Assembly (NCBI RefSeq): GCF_003991155.1
Contig: NZ_CP031293.1
DNA: 64,000 nucleotides
Direction: 5' to 3' (one strand)
Origin: Escherichia coli
GTDB lineage: Bacteria; Pseudomonadota; Gammaproteobacteria; Enterobacterales; Enterobacteriaceae
Shown here piece after piece: positions 26,511 through 37,793 of this stretch; position 1 is the first letter of the stretch; the number at the start of each line of letters is the position of its first letter. The position numbers and the translations under genes were made by a program. The notes beneath the pieces are model-generated. The model was not told the DNA's origin, did not search any database, and saw only the letters and a program-made list of their open reading frames with translations.

Positions 26511-26525
26511 TGCATAGCACTTTGG

Positions 26526-26732
26526 TTAAGCCATCTCTGTTTGCAGACGCATAACCTGACGGTTAACTTCGGACATCACTGACAAATGCAGCTTATCCTT
26601 CACTTTTGGGATAAGAATCTTACCCTTATCAAATTCAAAAGCGCCAACGTCCTTGATGTATAACCGTCCACGGAACAGGATCTTTACGTACTTCGCCACC
26701 TGAAGTGGGTTGTACCGTTGGAAAATTTTCAT
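26526..26732 (-). CDS. ytfK: Small DUF1107 protein YtfK (68 aa)
   Basis: Translation [28 protein letters not shown]...; ATG at 26732. Confidence 0.85.
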
Positions 26733-27056
26733 TGTTATCTCCTGCTGAGTATTACGCCTGTGCGGTGCCACAATCGGCCCAACGATTATGAGGCGCAAAT
26801 TTTAATGCCTAGTGACTATAGACTATCCGGGCAATGTTTCCACCGCGTATAACTTTTTTTACCTAAAGGTTACAATTATTCAGAATTATCTTTTTACCGA
26901 AGCGCGGTCTTCAGTATAAGCATTCATTTTTCATATGATTTGTGCGCTTGACCGCAAACTGGCATCACACTTGCGGGAAATTCGATAAATAGCACATATG
27001 ATTAAAACTCAGACCCAAGTGGTCGGATCACCTGCATATCATAAGAAGGAAACACC

Positions 27057-27614
27057 ATGACCCTACGCAAGATTCTGGCACTCACCTGCCTGCTGTTGCC
27101 GATGATGGCTTCCGCACATCAGTTCGAAACCGGTCAGCGAGTGCCGCCGATTGGCATCACCGATCGTGGCGAGTTGGTGCTTGATAAAGATCAGTTTAGC
27201 TACAAAACCTGGAACAGCGCGCAGTTAGTGGGAAAAGTGCGAGTACTGCAACATATTGCTGGTCGCACCTCTGCAAAAGAGAAAAACGCGACGCTGATTG
27301 AAGCGATTAAATCAGCGAAGTTACCGCACGATCGTTACCAGACCACCACCATTGTTAACACCGACGACGCAATTCCGGGTTCCGGCATGTTTGTGCGCAG
27401 CAGTCTGGAGAGTAATAAAAAGCTTTATCCCTGGTCGCAGTTTATTGTTGATAGCAATGGCGTCGCACGCGGTGCCTGGCAGCTGGATGAAAAAAGTTCC
27501 GCTGTAGTGGTGCTGGATAAAGACGGTCGCGTGCAATGGGCCAAAGACGGGGCGCTTACTCAGGAAGAGGTGCAGCAAGTGATGGACCTGCTGCATAAAT
27601 TAATTAATAAATAG
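27057..27614 (+). CDS. ytfJ: Periplasmic protein YtfJ (184 aa)
   Basis: Translation [31 protein letters not shown]... with signal peptide. Confidence 0.88.
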   Translation: MTLRKILALTCLLLPMMASAHQFETGQRVPPIGITDRGELVLDKDQFSYKTWNSAQLVGKVRVLQHIAGRTSAKEKNATLIEAIKSAKLPHDRYQTTTIVNTDDAIPGSGMFVRSSLESNKKLYPWSQFIVDSNGVARGAWQLDEKSSAVVVLDKDGRVQWAKDGALTQEEVQQVMDLLHKLINK

Positions 27615-28344
27615 ACACTCTGAACCCCGGATTCAGGAACGACTCGCGCGGAGTGTAATCCAGCGGTTTACCCTGCCAGTCGTGAACGTGCGCTCCGGCA
27701 GCCGCAGCCACAGCATGACCAGCGGCGGTATCCCAAATATTCGTTGGCCCGAAACGCGGGTACAGCTGCGCCTGTCCTTCCGCCACCAGGCAGAATTTCA
27801 GCGAAGAGCCGATGGACGTGGTCTGATGTTCGCCAAGCTGTTGCAGATACTCTTTCAGCTCCGCATCTGCATGGGAACGGCTGATCACCACCAGCGGCGG
27901 GCGCGCATCACGGACCTGAATCTGCTTGCGCACGCCGCACTCTTCTTTCCACGCTTTGCCTTCTGCCGCGCTGTACATTACGTTCATTACCGGCGCATAC
28001 ACCACACCTAAAATCGGTTTGCCGTGGTCGATGAGCGCAATGTTAACGGTAAATTCGCCATTACGTTTAATAAACTCTTTAGTACCATCCAGCGGGTCTA
28101 CCAGCCAGTAACGCTGCCAGTGCTGACGGACTTCCCAACCGGGAGGATCTTCTTCAGAAAGGACCGGAATATCCGGTGTCAGCGTACGTAAACCGTCCAT
28201 GATAACGGTGTGTGCGGCAATATCCGCTGCCGTTACCGGAGAATTGTCCGCTTTGCTGACGACGTCCATCGGTTTCGTCCCGTCGTAGACCTGCATAATG
28301 GCATCGCCTGCATTCCGTGCAAGCTGGCATACTTGATCTAACAT
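27604..28344 (-). CDS. cysQ: 3'(2'),5'-bisphosphate nucleotidase (246 aa)
   Basis: Translation [22 protein letters not shown]...; inositol monophosphatase-family motifs. Confidence 0.95.
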   Translation of the reverse strand: MLDQVCQLARNAGDAIMQVYDGTKPMDVVSKADNSPVTAADIAAHTVIMDGLRTLTPDIPVLSEEDPPGWEVRQHWQRYWLVDPLDGTKEFIKRNGEFTVNIALIDHGKPILGVVYAPVMNVMYSAAEGKAWKEECGVRKQIQVRDARPPLVVISRSHADAELKEYLQQLGEHQTTSIGSSLKFCLVAEGQAQLYPRFGPTNIWDTAAGHAVAAAAGAHVHDWQGKPLDYTPRESFLNPGFRVSIY

Positions 28345-28533
28345 TTCTCCACCTCGTCTCTGTGAGCGGTGTTAACTTATTGTTTTACTTATACCCTATC
28401 GTTAATGAATGCGCCAACTGTGATAGTGTCATCATTTTCAAAGCGTAAAATTGTGGCATTCTTCACTGTTCTATAAGTAAGACGTTTATTCTCCCTTTTC
28501 TTTCGTATTCCCGATGATAAAAGGATGTCCCTG

Positions 28534-30477
28534 ATGATTAAGTTTAGCGCAACGCTCCTGGCCACGCTGATTGCCGCCAGTGTGAATGCAGCGACGGTCG
28601 ATCTGCGTATCATGGAAACCACTGATCTGCATAGCAACATGATGGATTTCGATTATTACAAAGACACCGCCACGGAAAAATTCGGACTGGTACGTACGGC
28701 AAGCCTGATTAACGATGCCCGCAATGAAGTGAAAAACAGCGTACTGGTCGATAACGGCGATTTGATTCAGGGGAGTCCGCTGGCAGATTACATGTCGGCG
28801 AAAGGATTAAAAGCAGGTGATATTCACCCAGTGTATAAGGCATTAAATACGCTGGACTATACCGTCGGCACGCTTGGCAACCATGAGTTTAACTACGGTC
28901 TGGATTACCTGAAAAATGCGCTGGCGGGAGCGAAATTCCCTTATGTAAATGCCAACGTCATTGACGCCAGAACCAAACAGCCAATGTTTACGCCGTATTT
29001 AATTAAAGACACCGAAGTGGTCGATAAAGACGGAAAAAAACAGACGCTGAAGATTGGCTATATTGGCGTCGTACCGCCGCAAATCATGGGCTGGGATAAA
29101 GCTAATTTATCCGGGAAAGTGACGGTGAATGATATTACCGAAACCGTGCGCAAATACGTGCCTGAAATGCGCGAGAAAGGTGCCGATGTCGTTGTCGTTC
29201 TGGCGCATTCCGGGCTGTCTGCCGATCCGTATAAAGTGATGGCGGAAAACTCAGTTTATTACCTCAGTGAAATTCCGGGCGTTAACGCCATTATGTTTGG
29301 CCATGCTCACGCCGTTTTCCCAGGTAAAGATTTTGCTGATATCGAAGGAGCTGATATCGCGAAAGGCACGCTGAATGGTGTTCCGGCGGTAATGCCAGGC
29401 ATGTGGGGCGATCATCTTGGTGTGGTCGACTTACAACTCAGTAATGACAGCGGTAAATGGCAGGTAACACAGGCGAAAGCGGAAGCACGACCGATTTACG
29501 ACATCGCTAATAAAAAATCCCTCGCGGCGGAAGACAGCAAGCTGGTAGAAACACTCAAAGCCGATCACGATGCCACACGCCAGTTCGTCAGCAAGCCAAT
29601 CGGTAAATCTGCCGACAATATGTATAGCTATCTGGCACTGGTGCAGGACGATCCGACCGTGCAGGTGGTGAACAACGCGCAAAAAGCGTATGTCGAGCAT
29701 TACATTCAGGGCGATCCGGATCTGGCAAAACTGCCAGTGCTTTCAGCTGCCGCACCGTTTAAAGTTGGTGGTCGCAAAAATGACCCGGCAAGCTATGTGG
29801 AGGTGGAAAAAGGCCAGTTGACCTTCCGTAATGCCGCCGATCTTTATCTCTATCCCAATACGCTGATTGTGGTGAAAGCCAGCGGTAAAGAGGTGAAAGA
29901 GTGGCTGGAATGCTCTGCCGGACAGTTTAACCAGATTGATCCTAACAGCACGAAACCACAGTCACTCATCAACTGGGATGGTTTCCGCACCTATAACTTT
30001 GATGTTATTGATGGTGTGAATTATCAGATTGATGTTACCCAGCCTGCCCGTTATGACGGCGAGTGCCAGATGGTTAATGCCAATGCGGAAAGGATTAAGA
30101 ACCTGACCTTTAATGGCAAGCCGATTGATCCGAACGCCATGTTCCTCGTTGCCACCAATAACTATCGCGCTTACGGTGGCAAATTTGCCGGTACGGGCGA
30201 CAGCCATATCGCTTTTGCTTCACCGGATGAGAACCGCTCGGTGCTGGCAGCGTGGATTGCTGAAGAGTCGAAACGTGCGGGGGAAATTCACCCGGCGGCA
30301 GATAACAACTGGCGTTTAGCACCGATAGCTGGCGATAAGAAACTGGATATCCGTTTCGAAACCTCTCCGTCAGATAAAGCCGCAGCGTTTATTAAAGAGA
30401 AAGGGCAATATCCGATGAATAAAGTCGCGACCGATGATATCGGGTTTGCAATTTATCAGGTGGATTTGAGTAAGTAA
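28534..30477 (+). CDS. cpdB: Periplasmic 2',3'-cyclic-nucleotide 2'-phosphodiesterase / 3'-nucleotidase (647 aa)
   Basis: Translation [35 protein letters not shown]...; AAAGGA RBS before ATG at 28534. Confidence 0.93.
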   Translation: MIKFSATLLATLIAASVNAATVDLRIMETTDLHSNMMDFDYYKDTATEKFGLVRTASLINDARNEVKNSVLVDNGDLIQGSPLADYMSAKGLKAGDIHPVYKALNTLDYTVGTLGNHEFNYGLDYLKNALAGAKFPYVNANVIDARTKQPMFTPYLIKDTEVVDKDGKKQTLKIGYIGVVPPQIMGWDKANLSGKVTVNDITETVRKYVPEMREKGADVVVVLAHSGLSADPYKVMAENSVYYLSEIPGVNAIMFGHAHAVFPGKDFADIEGADIAKGTLNGVPAVMPGMWGDHLGVVDLQLSNDSGKWQVTQAKAEARPIYDIANKKSLAAEDSKLVETLKADHDATRQFVSKPIGKSADNMYSYLALVQDDPTVQVVNNAQKAYVEHYIQGDPDLAKLPVLSAAAPFKVGGRKNDPASYVEVEKGQLTFRNAADLYLYPNTLIVVKASGKEVKEWLECSAGQFNQIDPNSTKPQSLINWDGFRTYNFDVIDGVNYQIDVTQPARYDGECQMVNANAERIKNLTFNGKPIDPNAMFLVATNNYRAYGGKFAGTGDSHIAFASPDENRSVLAAWIAEESKRAGEIHPAADNNWRLAPIAGDKKLDIRFETSPSDKAAAFIKEKGQYPMNKVATDDIGFAIYQVDLSK

Positions 30478-30479
30478 TA

Positions 30480-30604
30480 CACTTCTTTTTCGGCCTATAA
30501 ATCATCAACCGCATCCGGCACTTTTGTCGGATGCGATGCTGACGCATCTTATCCGCCCTACAAGCCATGAACCGTAGTCCGGATAAGCGCAGCGCATCCG
30601 GCAG
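30480..30604. repeat. BIME-like cluster of REP palindromes between cpdB and ytfH
   Basis: Multiple GCATCCGGCA / TGCCGGATGCG-type REP copies in alternating orientation. Confidence 0.8.
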
Positions 30605-30985
30605 TTATGCCGCACGTTCATCCCGCACCGCTAACACCTTGGGCAAATTCAACTCAATCCAGTCCGCCAGTGCAGCAACCTTTTCGCTCACCTGCTCGCC
30701 CAGCGGCGTGAGGCTATATTCCACATGCGGCGGCACCACCGGATACGCGATACGGTTAAGAAAACCATCCTGTTCTAATGCCTGTAACGACTGCGCAAGC
30801 ATCTTTTCACTCACCCCGCCCATTTTGCGCCGCAGGTCGCTAAAGCGATGAGTACCTTCGCGTAGCGCCACCAGAATCAACACCCCCCAACGGCTGGTGA
30901 CGTGTTTCAACACCTCGCGCGACGGGCACTGTTCCGCAAAGAGATTTCCCTCTTTCAGTTGTTGCGACAGGCTAACCTGACTCAT
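30605..30985 (-). CDS. ytfH: HxlR-family transcriptional regulator (126 aa)
   Basis: Translation from MSQVSLSQQLKEGNLFAEQCPSREVLKHVTSRWGVLIL...; ATG at 30985. Confidence 0.88.
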   Translation of the reverse strand: MSQVSLSQQLKEGNLFAEQCPSREVLKHVTSRWGVLILVALREGTHRFSDLRRKMGGVSEKMLAQSLQALEQDGFLNRIAYPVVPPHVEYSLTPLGEQVSEKVAALADWIELNLPKVLAVRDERAA

Positions 30986-31073
30986 TTCATACTTACCTTT
31001 TTGTGCGTACTTACTAAAAGTAAGTTTAAGTGTTAGCGTATTTAAACACAAGACAAAACGATGGAGACTTCCC

Positions 31074-31934
31074 ATGATCGCTATTACTGGTGCCACTGGC
31101 CAACTTGGTCACTATGTTATTGAATCCTTGATGAAAACGGTTCCTGCCAGCCAAATAGTGGCTATCGTTCGTAATCCGGCAAAAGCCCAGGCCCTGGCAG
31201 CACAAGGCATTACCGTGCGTCAGGCTGACTACAGCTATGAAGCCGCACTGACATCTGCACTTCAGGGAGTGGAAAAACTACTGCTGATCTCTTCCAGCGA
31301 AGTGGGTCAACGTGCCCCGCAGCATCGTAATGTTATTAATGCCGCAAAGGCGGCTGGCGTGAAATTTATCGCTTATACCAGCCTGCTACATGCAGATACC
31401 TCCCCGCTCGGCCTCGCCGATGAGCACATCGAGACGGAGAAAATGCTGGCTGATTCTGGCATCGTTTACACCCTGCTGCGCAACGGCTGGTACAGCGAAA
31501 ACTACCTCGCCAGCGCCCCGGCAGCACTGGAACACGGCGTATTTATCGGTGCGGCGGGCGATGGCAAAATCGCCTCAGCAACGCGGGCAGATTATGCGGC
31601 AGCTGCGGCACGCGTGATTAGCGAAGCCGGTCACGAAGGCAAGGTTTACGAACTGGCGGGCGATAGTGCCTGGACGTTGACACAGTTAGCGGCAGAGCTG
31701 ACCAAACAGAGCGGAAAATCCGTTACCTATCAAAATCTGAGCGAAGCCGATTTCGCCGCGGCACTGAAAAGCGTCGGACTGCCCGACGGACTGGCGGATA
31801 TGCTGGCGAATTCTGACGTTGGCGCATCGAAAGGCGGTCTGTTTGATAACAGCAAAACGCTTAGCAAACTGATTGGCCGCCCAACGACAACGTTAGCCGA
31901 AAGCGTAAGCCATCTTTTTAATGTTAATAACTAG
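31074..31934 (+). CDS. qorB: NAD(P)H:quinone oxidoreductase (286 aa)
   Basis: Translation MIAITGATGQLGHYVIESL... (NmrA-like Rossmann motif); K-12 ytfG. Confidence 0.92.
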   Translation: MIAITGATGQLGHYVIESLMKTVPASQIVAIVRNPAKAQALAAQGITVRQADYSYEAALTSALQGVEKLLLISSSEVGQRAPQHRNVINAAKAAGVKFIAYTSLLHADTSPLGLADEHIETEKMLADSGIVYTLLRNGWYSENYLASAPAALEHGVFIGAAGDGKIASATRADYAAAAARVISEAGHEGKVYELAGDSAWTLTQLAAELTKQSGKSVTYQNLSEADFAAALKSVGLPDGLADMLANSDVGASKGGLFDNSKTLSKLIGRPTTTLAESVSHLFNVNN

Positions 31935-32041
31935 TTAATTAAAGTGGCATCCTCCCGCATCCTCTCTGATAATGACGGGATGCCGGGAGCAATCATGTCT
32001 GCTTCCTGAACTTTCTTCTGACAGATCAATGGATGCCAGTA

Positions 32042-33007
32042 ATGATTAGCGGCGTGTTGTACGCCCTGTTAGCAGGGTTGATGTGGGGGCTTATTTTTGT
32101 CGGGCCGTTGATCGTACCGGAATACCCGGCGATGTTGCAGTCGATGGGGCGTTATCTGGCGTTAGGGTTAATTGCGCTGCCCATTGCCTGGCTGGGACGC
32201 GTGCGTCTGCGTCAGTTGGCGCGTCGCGACTGGCTTACCGCCTTGATGCTCACCATGATGGGCAACCTTATCTATTACTTCTGCCTTGCAAGTGCCATTC
32301 AACGTACTGGCGCGCCTGTTTCCACGATGATTATCGGCACCCTGCCGGTGGTGATTCCCGTTTTTGCCAATCTGCTTTATAGCCAGCGCGACGGCAAACT
32401 CGCATGGGGAAAACTCGCCCCGGCACTGGTTTGTATTGGCATCGGCCTGGCGTGTGTGAATATTGCTGAGTTAAACCACGGACTCCCCGATTTTGACTTG
32501 GCACGTTATACCTCTGGCATCGTGCTGGCGTTAGTTTCCGTGGTCTGCTGGGCATGGTATGCCCTGCGCAACGCCCGCTGGCTGCGGGAAAATCCCGACA
32601 AACATCCGATGATGTGGGCGACGGCGCAGGCGCTGGTCACGCTGCCGGTTTCTCTCATCGGCTATCTCGTCGCCTGTTACTGGCTGAATATGCAAACGCC
32701 GGACTTCTCCTTACCCTTTGGCCCCCGTCCGCTGGTGTTTATTAGTCTGATGGTTGCGATAGCCGTGCTTTGCTCATGGGTTGGCGCACTCTGCTGGAAC
32801 GTCGCCAGCCAGCGATTACCGACAGTGATTCTCGGGCCGCTGATTGTTTTCGAAACGCTGGCAGGTTTGCTGTACACCTTTTTACTCCGCCAGCAAATGC
32901 CGCCGCTAATGACGCTGAGCGGTATCGCGCTGTTAGTGATTGGCGTGGTCATCGCGGTCAGAGCAAAACCAGAAAAACCTTTAACTGAATCTGTCTCAGA
33001 AAGTTGA
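32042..33007 (+). CDS. ytfF: DMT-superfamily inner membrane transporter (about 321 aa; alternative ATG at 32033)
   Basis: Polytopic translation MISGVLYALLAGLMWGLIFVGPLIV... Confidence 0.85.
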   Translation: MISGVLYALLAGLMWGLIFVGPLIVPEYPAMLQSMGRYLALGLIALPIAWLGRVRLRQLARRDWLTALMLTMMGNLIYYFCLASAIQRTGAPVSTMIIGTLPVVIPVFANLLYSQRDGKLAWGKLAPALVCIGIGLACVNIAELNHGLPDFDLARYTSGIVLALVSVVCWAWYALRNARWLRENPDKHPMMWATAQALVTLPVSLIGYLVACYWLNMQTPDFSLPFGPRPLVFISLMVAIAVLCSWVGALCWNVASQRLPTVILGPLIVFETLAGLLYTFLLRQQMPPLMTLSGIALLVIGVVIAVRAKPEKPLTESVSES

Positions 33008-33065
33008 CACGCTGGCAGTGAGTTAAATAAGCCTCTGCTACGTAAGGGTTATAGCTTTTGCCTTA

Positions 33066-33088
33066 AAGATGCATTTAAAATGCATCTT
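33066..33088. promoter_or_regulatory. NsrR operator AAGATGCATTTAAAATGCATCTT upstream of ytfE
   Basis: Near-perfect 23-bp inverted repeat matching the NsrR consensus; ytfE is a classical NsrR target. Confidence 0.8.
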
Positions 33089-33114
33089 ATCTTATTAAGA
33101 ATGAGGTATCAGCT

Positions 33115-33777
33115 ATGGCTTATCGCGACCAACCTTTAGGTGAACTGGCGCTCTCTATTCCTCGCGCTTCGGCTCTGTTTCGTAAATATGATATGGATTA
33201 CTGCTGTGGCGGTAAGCAGACGCTGGCGCGCGCGGCGGCACGTAAAGAACTGGATGTTGAGGTCATTGAAGCCGAACTGGCAAAGCTTGCTGAACAACCG
33301 ATTGAGAAAGACTGGCGTAGCGCCCCGCTGGCGGAAATCATCGACCACATTATTGTGCGCTATCACGATCGCCATCGCGAGCAGCTGCCGGAGCTGATTC
33401 TGCAAGCGACTAAAGTCGAGCGCGTTCACGCCGACAAACCGAGCGTGCCAAAAGGGCTGACAAAATACCTGACTATGCTGCATGAAGAGCTTTCCAGCCA
33501 CATGATGAAAGAAGAGCAGATCCTCTTCCCGATGATCAAACAAGGCATGGGCAGCCAGGCAATGGGGCCAATCAGCGTAATGGAAAGCGAGCACGATGAA
33601 GCGGGTGAACTGCTGGAAGTAATCAAACACACTACCAATAACGTCACACCGCCGCCGGAAGCCTGCACCACCTGGAAAGCGATGTATAACGGCATTAATG
33701 AACTGATTGATGACCTGATGGAGCACATCAGCCTGGAAAATAATGTGCTGTTCCCGCGCGCACTGGCGGGTGAGTGA
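33115..33777 (+). CDS. ytfE: Iron-sulfur cluster repair di-iron protein RIC (220 aa)
   Basis: Translation [37 protein letters not shown]... Confidence 0.95.
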   Translation: MAYRDQPLGELALSIPRASALFRKYDMDYCCGGKQTLARAAARKELDVEVIEAELAKLAEQPIEKDWRSAPLAEIIDHIIVRYHDRHREQLPELILQATKVERVHADKPSVPKGLTKYLTMLHEELSSHMMKEEQILFPMIKQGMGSQAMGPISVMESEHDEAGELLEVIKHTTNNVTPPPEACTTWKAMYNGINELIDDLMEHISLENNVLFPRALAGE

Positions 33778-33821
33778 TCTAAAAGCTGGATGGCATTGCG
33801 CCATCCAGCATGATAATGCGG

Positions 33822-35234
33822 TTATTTCCGCAGTTCAGCAGCCCGCTTCTTACCAATAAACAACCAGCCCAACCCCAGCGCGATAAACCACAGCGGGGTA
33901 ACCAGCAGCGCCTGGCGAGTGTCATCTTCCAGTGTCAGCAACACGACCACGAACACAAAGAACGCCATACATACCCAGCACATCAGCTTGCCGAGCGGCA
34001 TCTTATAGATCGACTTCTCATGCAGATGAGGACGCTGTTTGCGGTACACCAGGTACGAGCAAAGGATAATCGTCCAGACGAACATAAACAGAATCGCGGA
34101 AACGGTCGTGATCATCGTGAACGCGCCAATCACGCTGGGATTCACATACAGCATCACCACGCCGCCGAGCAGACAGATGCAGGAGAAGGTCAGCCCTTTC
34201 GCGGGTACTGCGCGCTTAGAGAGTTTAGCGAACGCTTTCGGTGCCACACCTTCCTGGGCCAGACCAAACAGCATACGGCTGGTAGAGAAGACACCGCTGT
34301 TAGCGGAAGAAGCGGCAGAGGTCAGCACCACAAAGTTAATCACGCTGGCGGCAGCAGGCAGACCCACCAACACGAACAGTTCAACAAACGGGCTTTTCTC
34401 CGGGACTACCGAACTCCACGGCGTCACGGACATAATCACAATCAGCGCGAAGACGTAGAACATAATGATACGGATCGGAATGGAGTTAATCGCGCGTGGC
34501 AGTGATTTCTCTGGATCTTTGGTTTCCGCAGCGGTGGTACCTACCAGCTCAATCCCTACGAAAGCGAAAACCGCTATCTGGAATCCGGCAAAGAAGCCAC
34601 TTAAACCTTTCGGGAACCAGCCGCCATCATTCCACAAATGCGCGAATGACGCTTCCACACCGGTCGGTGACTGAAAGTGCATCGCCACCATGACCAGGCC
34701 GACGACTATCAGCGACACAATGGCGACGATTTTGATCATCGCAAACCAGAACTCCATCTCACCGAACATTTTCACGGTGGCGAGGTTAAGCGTCAGCAGC
34801 AGCACTATCACCGCCAGCGAGGCGACCCAGTCGGAGAGATCGGGGAACCAGAACTGAGCATAAGCCGTGATCGCCACCACGTCTGCCATACCGGTTACAA
34901 CCCAGCAGAACCAGTAAGTCCAGCCGGTGAAATATCCTGCCCACGGCCCGAGTAAATCGGAAGCGAAGTCACTAAAAGATTTGTATTCCAGATTCGAAAG
35001 CAGCAATTCCCCCATTGCCCGCATCACGAAAAAGAGCATAAAACCGATGATCATATAAACGAAAATGATCGACGGCCCGGCAAGGCTAATCGTTTTGCCG
35101 GACCCCATAAACAACCCTGTACCAATGGCACCGCCAATGGCAATAAGCTGAATATGTCGGTTTGTGAGATTGCGCCGTAGCGACTGTTCAGCCGGAGCCT
35201 GATCATCGGCAACGACTTTTACCTGATCTACCAT
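33822..35234 (-). CDS. cycA: D-serine/D-alanine/glycine:H+ symporter (470 aa)
   Basis: Translation MVDQVKVVADDQAPAEQSLRRNLTNRHIQLIAIGGAIGTGLFMG... APC-family permease. Confidence 0.95.
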   Translation of the reverse strand: MVDQVKVVADDQAPAEQSLRRNLTNRHIQLIAIGGAIGTGLFMGSGKTISLAGPSIIFVYMIIGFMLFFVMRAMGELLLSNLEYKSFSDFASDLLGPWAGYFTGWTYWFCWVVTGMADVVAITAYAQFWFPDLSDWVASLAVIVLLLTLNLATVKMFGEMEFWFAMIKIVAIVSLIVVGLVMVAMHFQSPTGVEASFAHLWNDGGWFPKGLSGFFAGFQIAVFAFVGIELVGTTAAETKDPEKSLPRAINSIPIRIIMFYVFALIVIMSVTPWSSVVPEKSPFVELFVLVGLPAAASVINFVVLTSAASSANSGVFSTSRMLFGLAQEGVAPKAFAKLSKRAVPAKGLTFSCICLLGGVVMLYVNPSVIGAFTMITTVSAILFMFVWTIILCSYLVYRKQRPHLHEKSIYKMPLGKLMCWVCMAFFVFVVVLLTLEDDTRQALLVTPLWFIALGLGWLFIGKKRAAELRK

Positions 35235-35542
35235 GTTTTTTTCTTCCTGTACCTGTCTGTGTTGTTCAGGCTCTACGGCCTTTAGTCAGTCTATGATACG
35301 ACGAATCTGTATCGGGACTCATCGATATTAGGTAACAATACGCGGGATGAATACTAAGATTTAGATCTAATGTTAATTTTATGTTTAAAGTAAGTGTCAT
35401 ATCACGGTGATAACGCGAAACAGCTCACAAAAATACACGCTTACAGGGTCTTTGCAACATAAAATAGCGCCGTTTGGCAAACTGAAGGAGTTATTGCTGA
35501 ATGCCTGCTCCCCTCTGGTTCGAAGGGAACAGAATGCGCTGC

Positions 35543-36163
35543 TTAGAGGATTTCCAGCAGTTCGACTTCAAACACCAGGGTGCTGAACGGAGGGATGGAC
35601 GCGCCAGCGCCGCGCTCGCCATATGCCAGTTCCTGCGGGATAGTCAGTTCCCATTTAGAACCTACCGGCATCAGAGTCAGTGCTTCAATCCAGCCAGGGA
35701 TCACACCATTAACCGGGAATTCAGCTGGCTCGCCGCGAGCAACGGAGCTGTCAAACACGGTGCCGTCGATCAGTTTTCCGGTGTAATGAACACGAACGCG
35801 GTCGGTACGTGCCGGAATTGCGCCTTCGCCCTGGTTGATCACGCGGAATTGCAGGCCAGATTCGGTGCTATTTACACCTTCTTTTTTGGCGTTTTCTTCC
35901 AGGTATTTCACACCTTCAGCAGCCATCGCCTGGAAACGCTGACGACGAACGGCATCGGCGCGTTCGTGGATTTCACGCAGCGCGCGGTGCACCACATCAA
36001 CCGGAACAGCCGGATGTTTGCCTTCCAGCGCATCGGCAATGCCTGCAACCAGTGCTTCTGGCAGCAGCCCTTCCAGGCCAGATTCACTCAGTTGTTGCCC
36101 TACCTGCAAACCAATGCCGTAGCTTGCTTGCGCTTCGATGGTGTCAAAAGTTGGGGTGGTCAT
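35543..36163 (-). CDS. fklB: FKBP-type peptidyl-prolyl cis-trans isomerase (206 aa)
   Basis: Translation from [25 protein letters not shown]...; ATG at 36163 with AAAGGA RBS. Confidence 0.93.
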
Positions 36164-36380
36164 CGTATTTCCTTTCTTAGGGTATAAAGTAGCGGGCAGC
36201 ATATCAGCCACACTTCTTTGGGTAAAACTTTGTCGCGGGAATGATGACAAATCCCGGGGAAAAAGAAACAATAGCAATATCCCGTATGAATATAATAAAG
36301 GCGGGTTTACCACGGACATCATAGCGTTAGCTTATTCATAGGCTATGATTGAGGAACAAGACGCGGAGCAGGAGGAAACC

Positions 36381-37019
36381 ATGCCCGGGCGCTTTGAACT
36401 AAAACCAACCCTGGAGAAAGTCTGGCACGCGCCGGACAATTTTCGCTTCATGGACCCGCTGCCGCCGATGCATCGTCGGGGGATCATTATTGCCGCCATT
36501 GTATTGGTAGTCGGATTTCTGCTTCCATCTGATGATACGCCCAACGCGCCAGTGGTGACGCGTGAAGCGCAGTTAGATATTCAGTCGCAATCACAACCAC
36601 CGACAGAAGAACAGCTGCGGGCGCAATTAGTCACGCCACAAAATGATCCTGATCAGGTGGCTCCGGTCGCTCCAGAACCAATACAGGAAGGCCAGCCAGA
36701 AGAGCAGCCGCAAACCACCCATACGCAACCATTCCAGCCAGATAGCGGAATTGATAATCAATGGCGCTCCTATCGTGTCGAACCCGGTAAAACGATGGCG
36801 CAGCTGTTCCGCGACCACGGACTGCCCGCTACCGATGTCTATGCCATGGCGCAGGTAGAAGGCGCGGGTAAGCCGCTGAGTAATTTGCAAAACGGGCAGA
36901 TGGTGAAAATCCGCCAGAACGCCAGCGGCGTGGTGACGGGCTTAACCATTGATACGGGGAATAATCAACAGGTCCTGTTTACCCGCCAGCCGGATGGCAG
37001 TTTTATTCGTGCGCGGTAG
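36381..37019 (+). CDS. ytfB: OapA/LysM-domain cell-division protein YtfB (212 aa)
   Basis: Translation from [29 protein letters not shown]...; GGAGG RBS before ATG at 36381. Confidence 0.9.
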
Positions 37020-37650
37020 ATGAAGGGTCAACCAAAAGCCAGCTAAGGATTGTCTCTTTGATGACCTTACGTCTGGCTTCCAGTGCCTGGGGTGAAACCA
37101 TACTGATGTGATAAACCAGGCCAAGCGTATGCTGGTTGATCAAATAATATCCCCCAAGCGCAGCAATATTAATATTCACCTGCAATGGGTCGATATCTGG
37201 CTTAAAAATATTGTGTTTCTTCCCTTCATCCAATAAGGATTCCATTAACTGCAAGTGCGCATGGTTAATTTCTAAAAGACGCTGTGACTTTGCATAATGC
37301 ACACCCTTACTTTGATTTTCACTATGCACAATTTTTAAAAACCAGGGATTAGAAATATAATAATCCCATGTAAAATCGATTATTTTCTCAATGGCTTTCT
37401 GTGGCGGAAGATCTGAGAAATCAAGGGCCTTTTCTTTTTGTCGAATATCGTTCCAGGTATATTCCAGTACTTCGATAAATAAATTTTCTTTATTACCAAA
37501 GTGGTGATAAACCGTCTGTTTACTGCACCCTGCTGCCTTGACAATATTATCGACTCTGGCCCCTTCGTAACCATATTCGGCAAATTCATTAACCGCGCAT
37601 AACAGCAGCTTTTCTTTCAGGCTCTGTACGTTGCTGGTATCAAGATACAT
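37003..37650 (-). CDS. TetR-family transcriptional regulator (215 aa), divergent from accessory operon
   Basis: N-terminal HTH signature ...[34 protein letters not shown]...; 3' end overlaps ytfB 3' end by 17 bp; AT-rich codon usage by eye. Confidence 0.85.
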
Positions 37651-37684
37651 AACGCTTCCCCACGACCTCTTCGTGGTGACTATC

Positions 37685-37746
37685 ATAACCTGATTTGATT
37701 TCAGCTTCAGAAAAAAGGGCAAAAACTTGTACTTTCATCAGGTTAT
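37685..37746. promoter_or_regulatory. Inverted repeat ATAACCTGAT ... ATCAGGTTAT in divergent TetR/operon intergenic region
   Basis: Read directly; 10-bp arms about 42 bp apart. Confidence 0.4.
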
Positions 37747-37773
37747 CAAATGTCCTGTGATCGCCATCGCATA

Positions 37774-37793
37774 TCAACCAACTAGATGGTTGA
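37774..37793. promoter_or_regulatory. Perfect palindrome TCAACCA-ACTAGA-TGGTTGA; candidate TetR operator about 70 bp upstream of first operon gene
   Basis: Read directly; 7-bp arms, 6-bp spacer, located in promoter region. Confidence 0.5.

Noticed and set aside
30478-30604. Possible CRISPR array suggested by repeated palindromes
   Set aside because: Repeats are REP/BIME elements of variable orientation with no regular spacers and no cas genes nearby.
33810-34505. 231-aa plus-strand ORF
   Set aside because: Antisense within cycA; low-complexity translation.
35501-36187. 228-aa plus-strand ORF
   Set aside because: Antisense to fklB.
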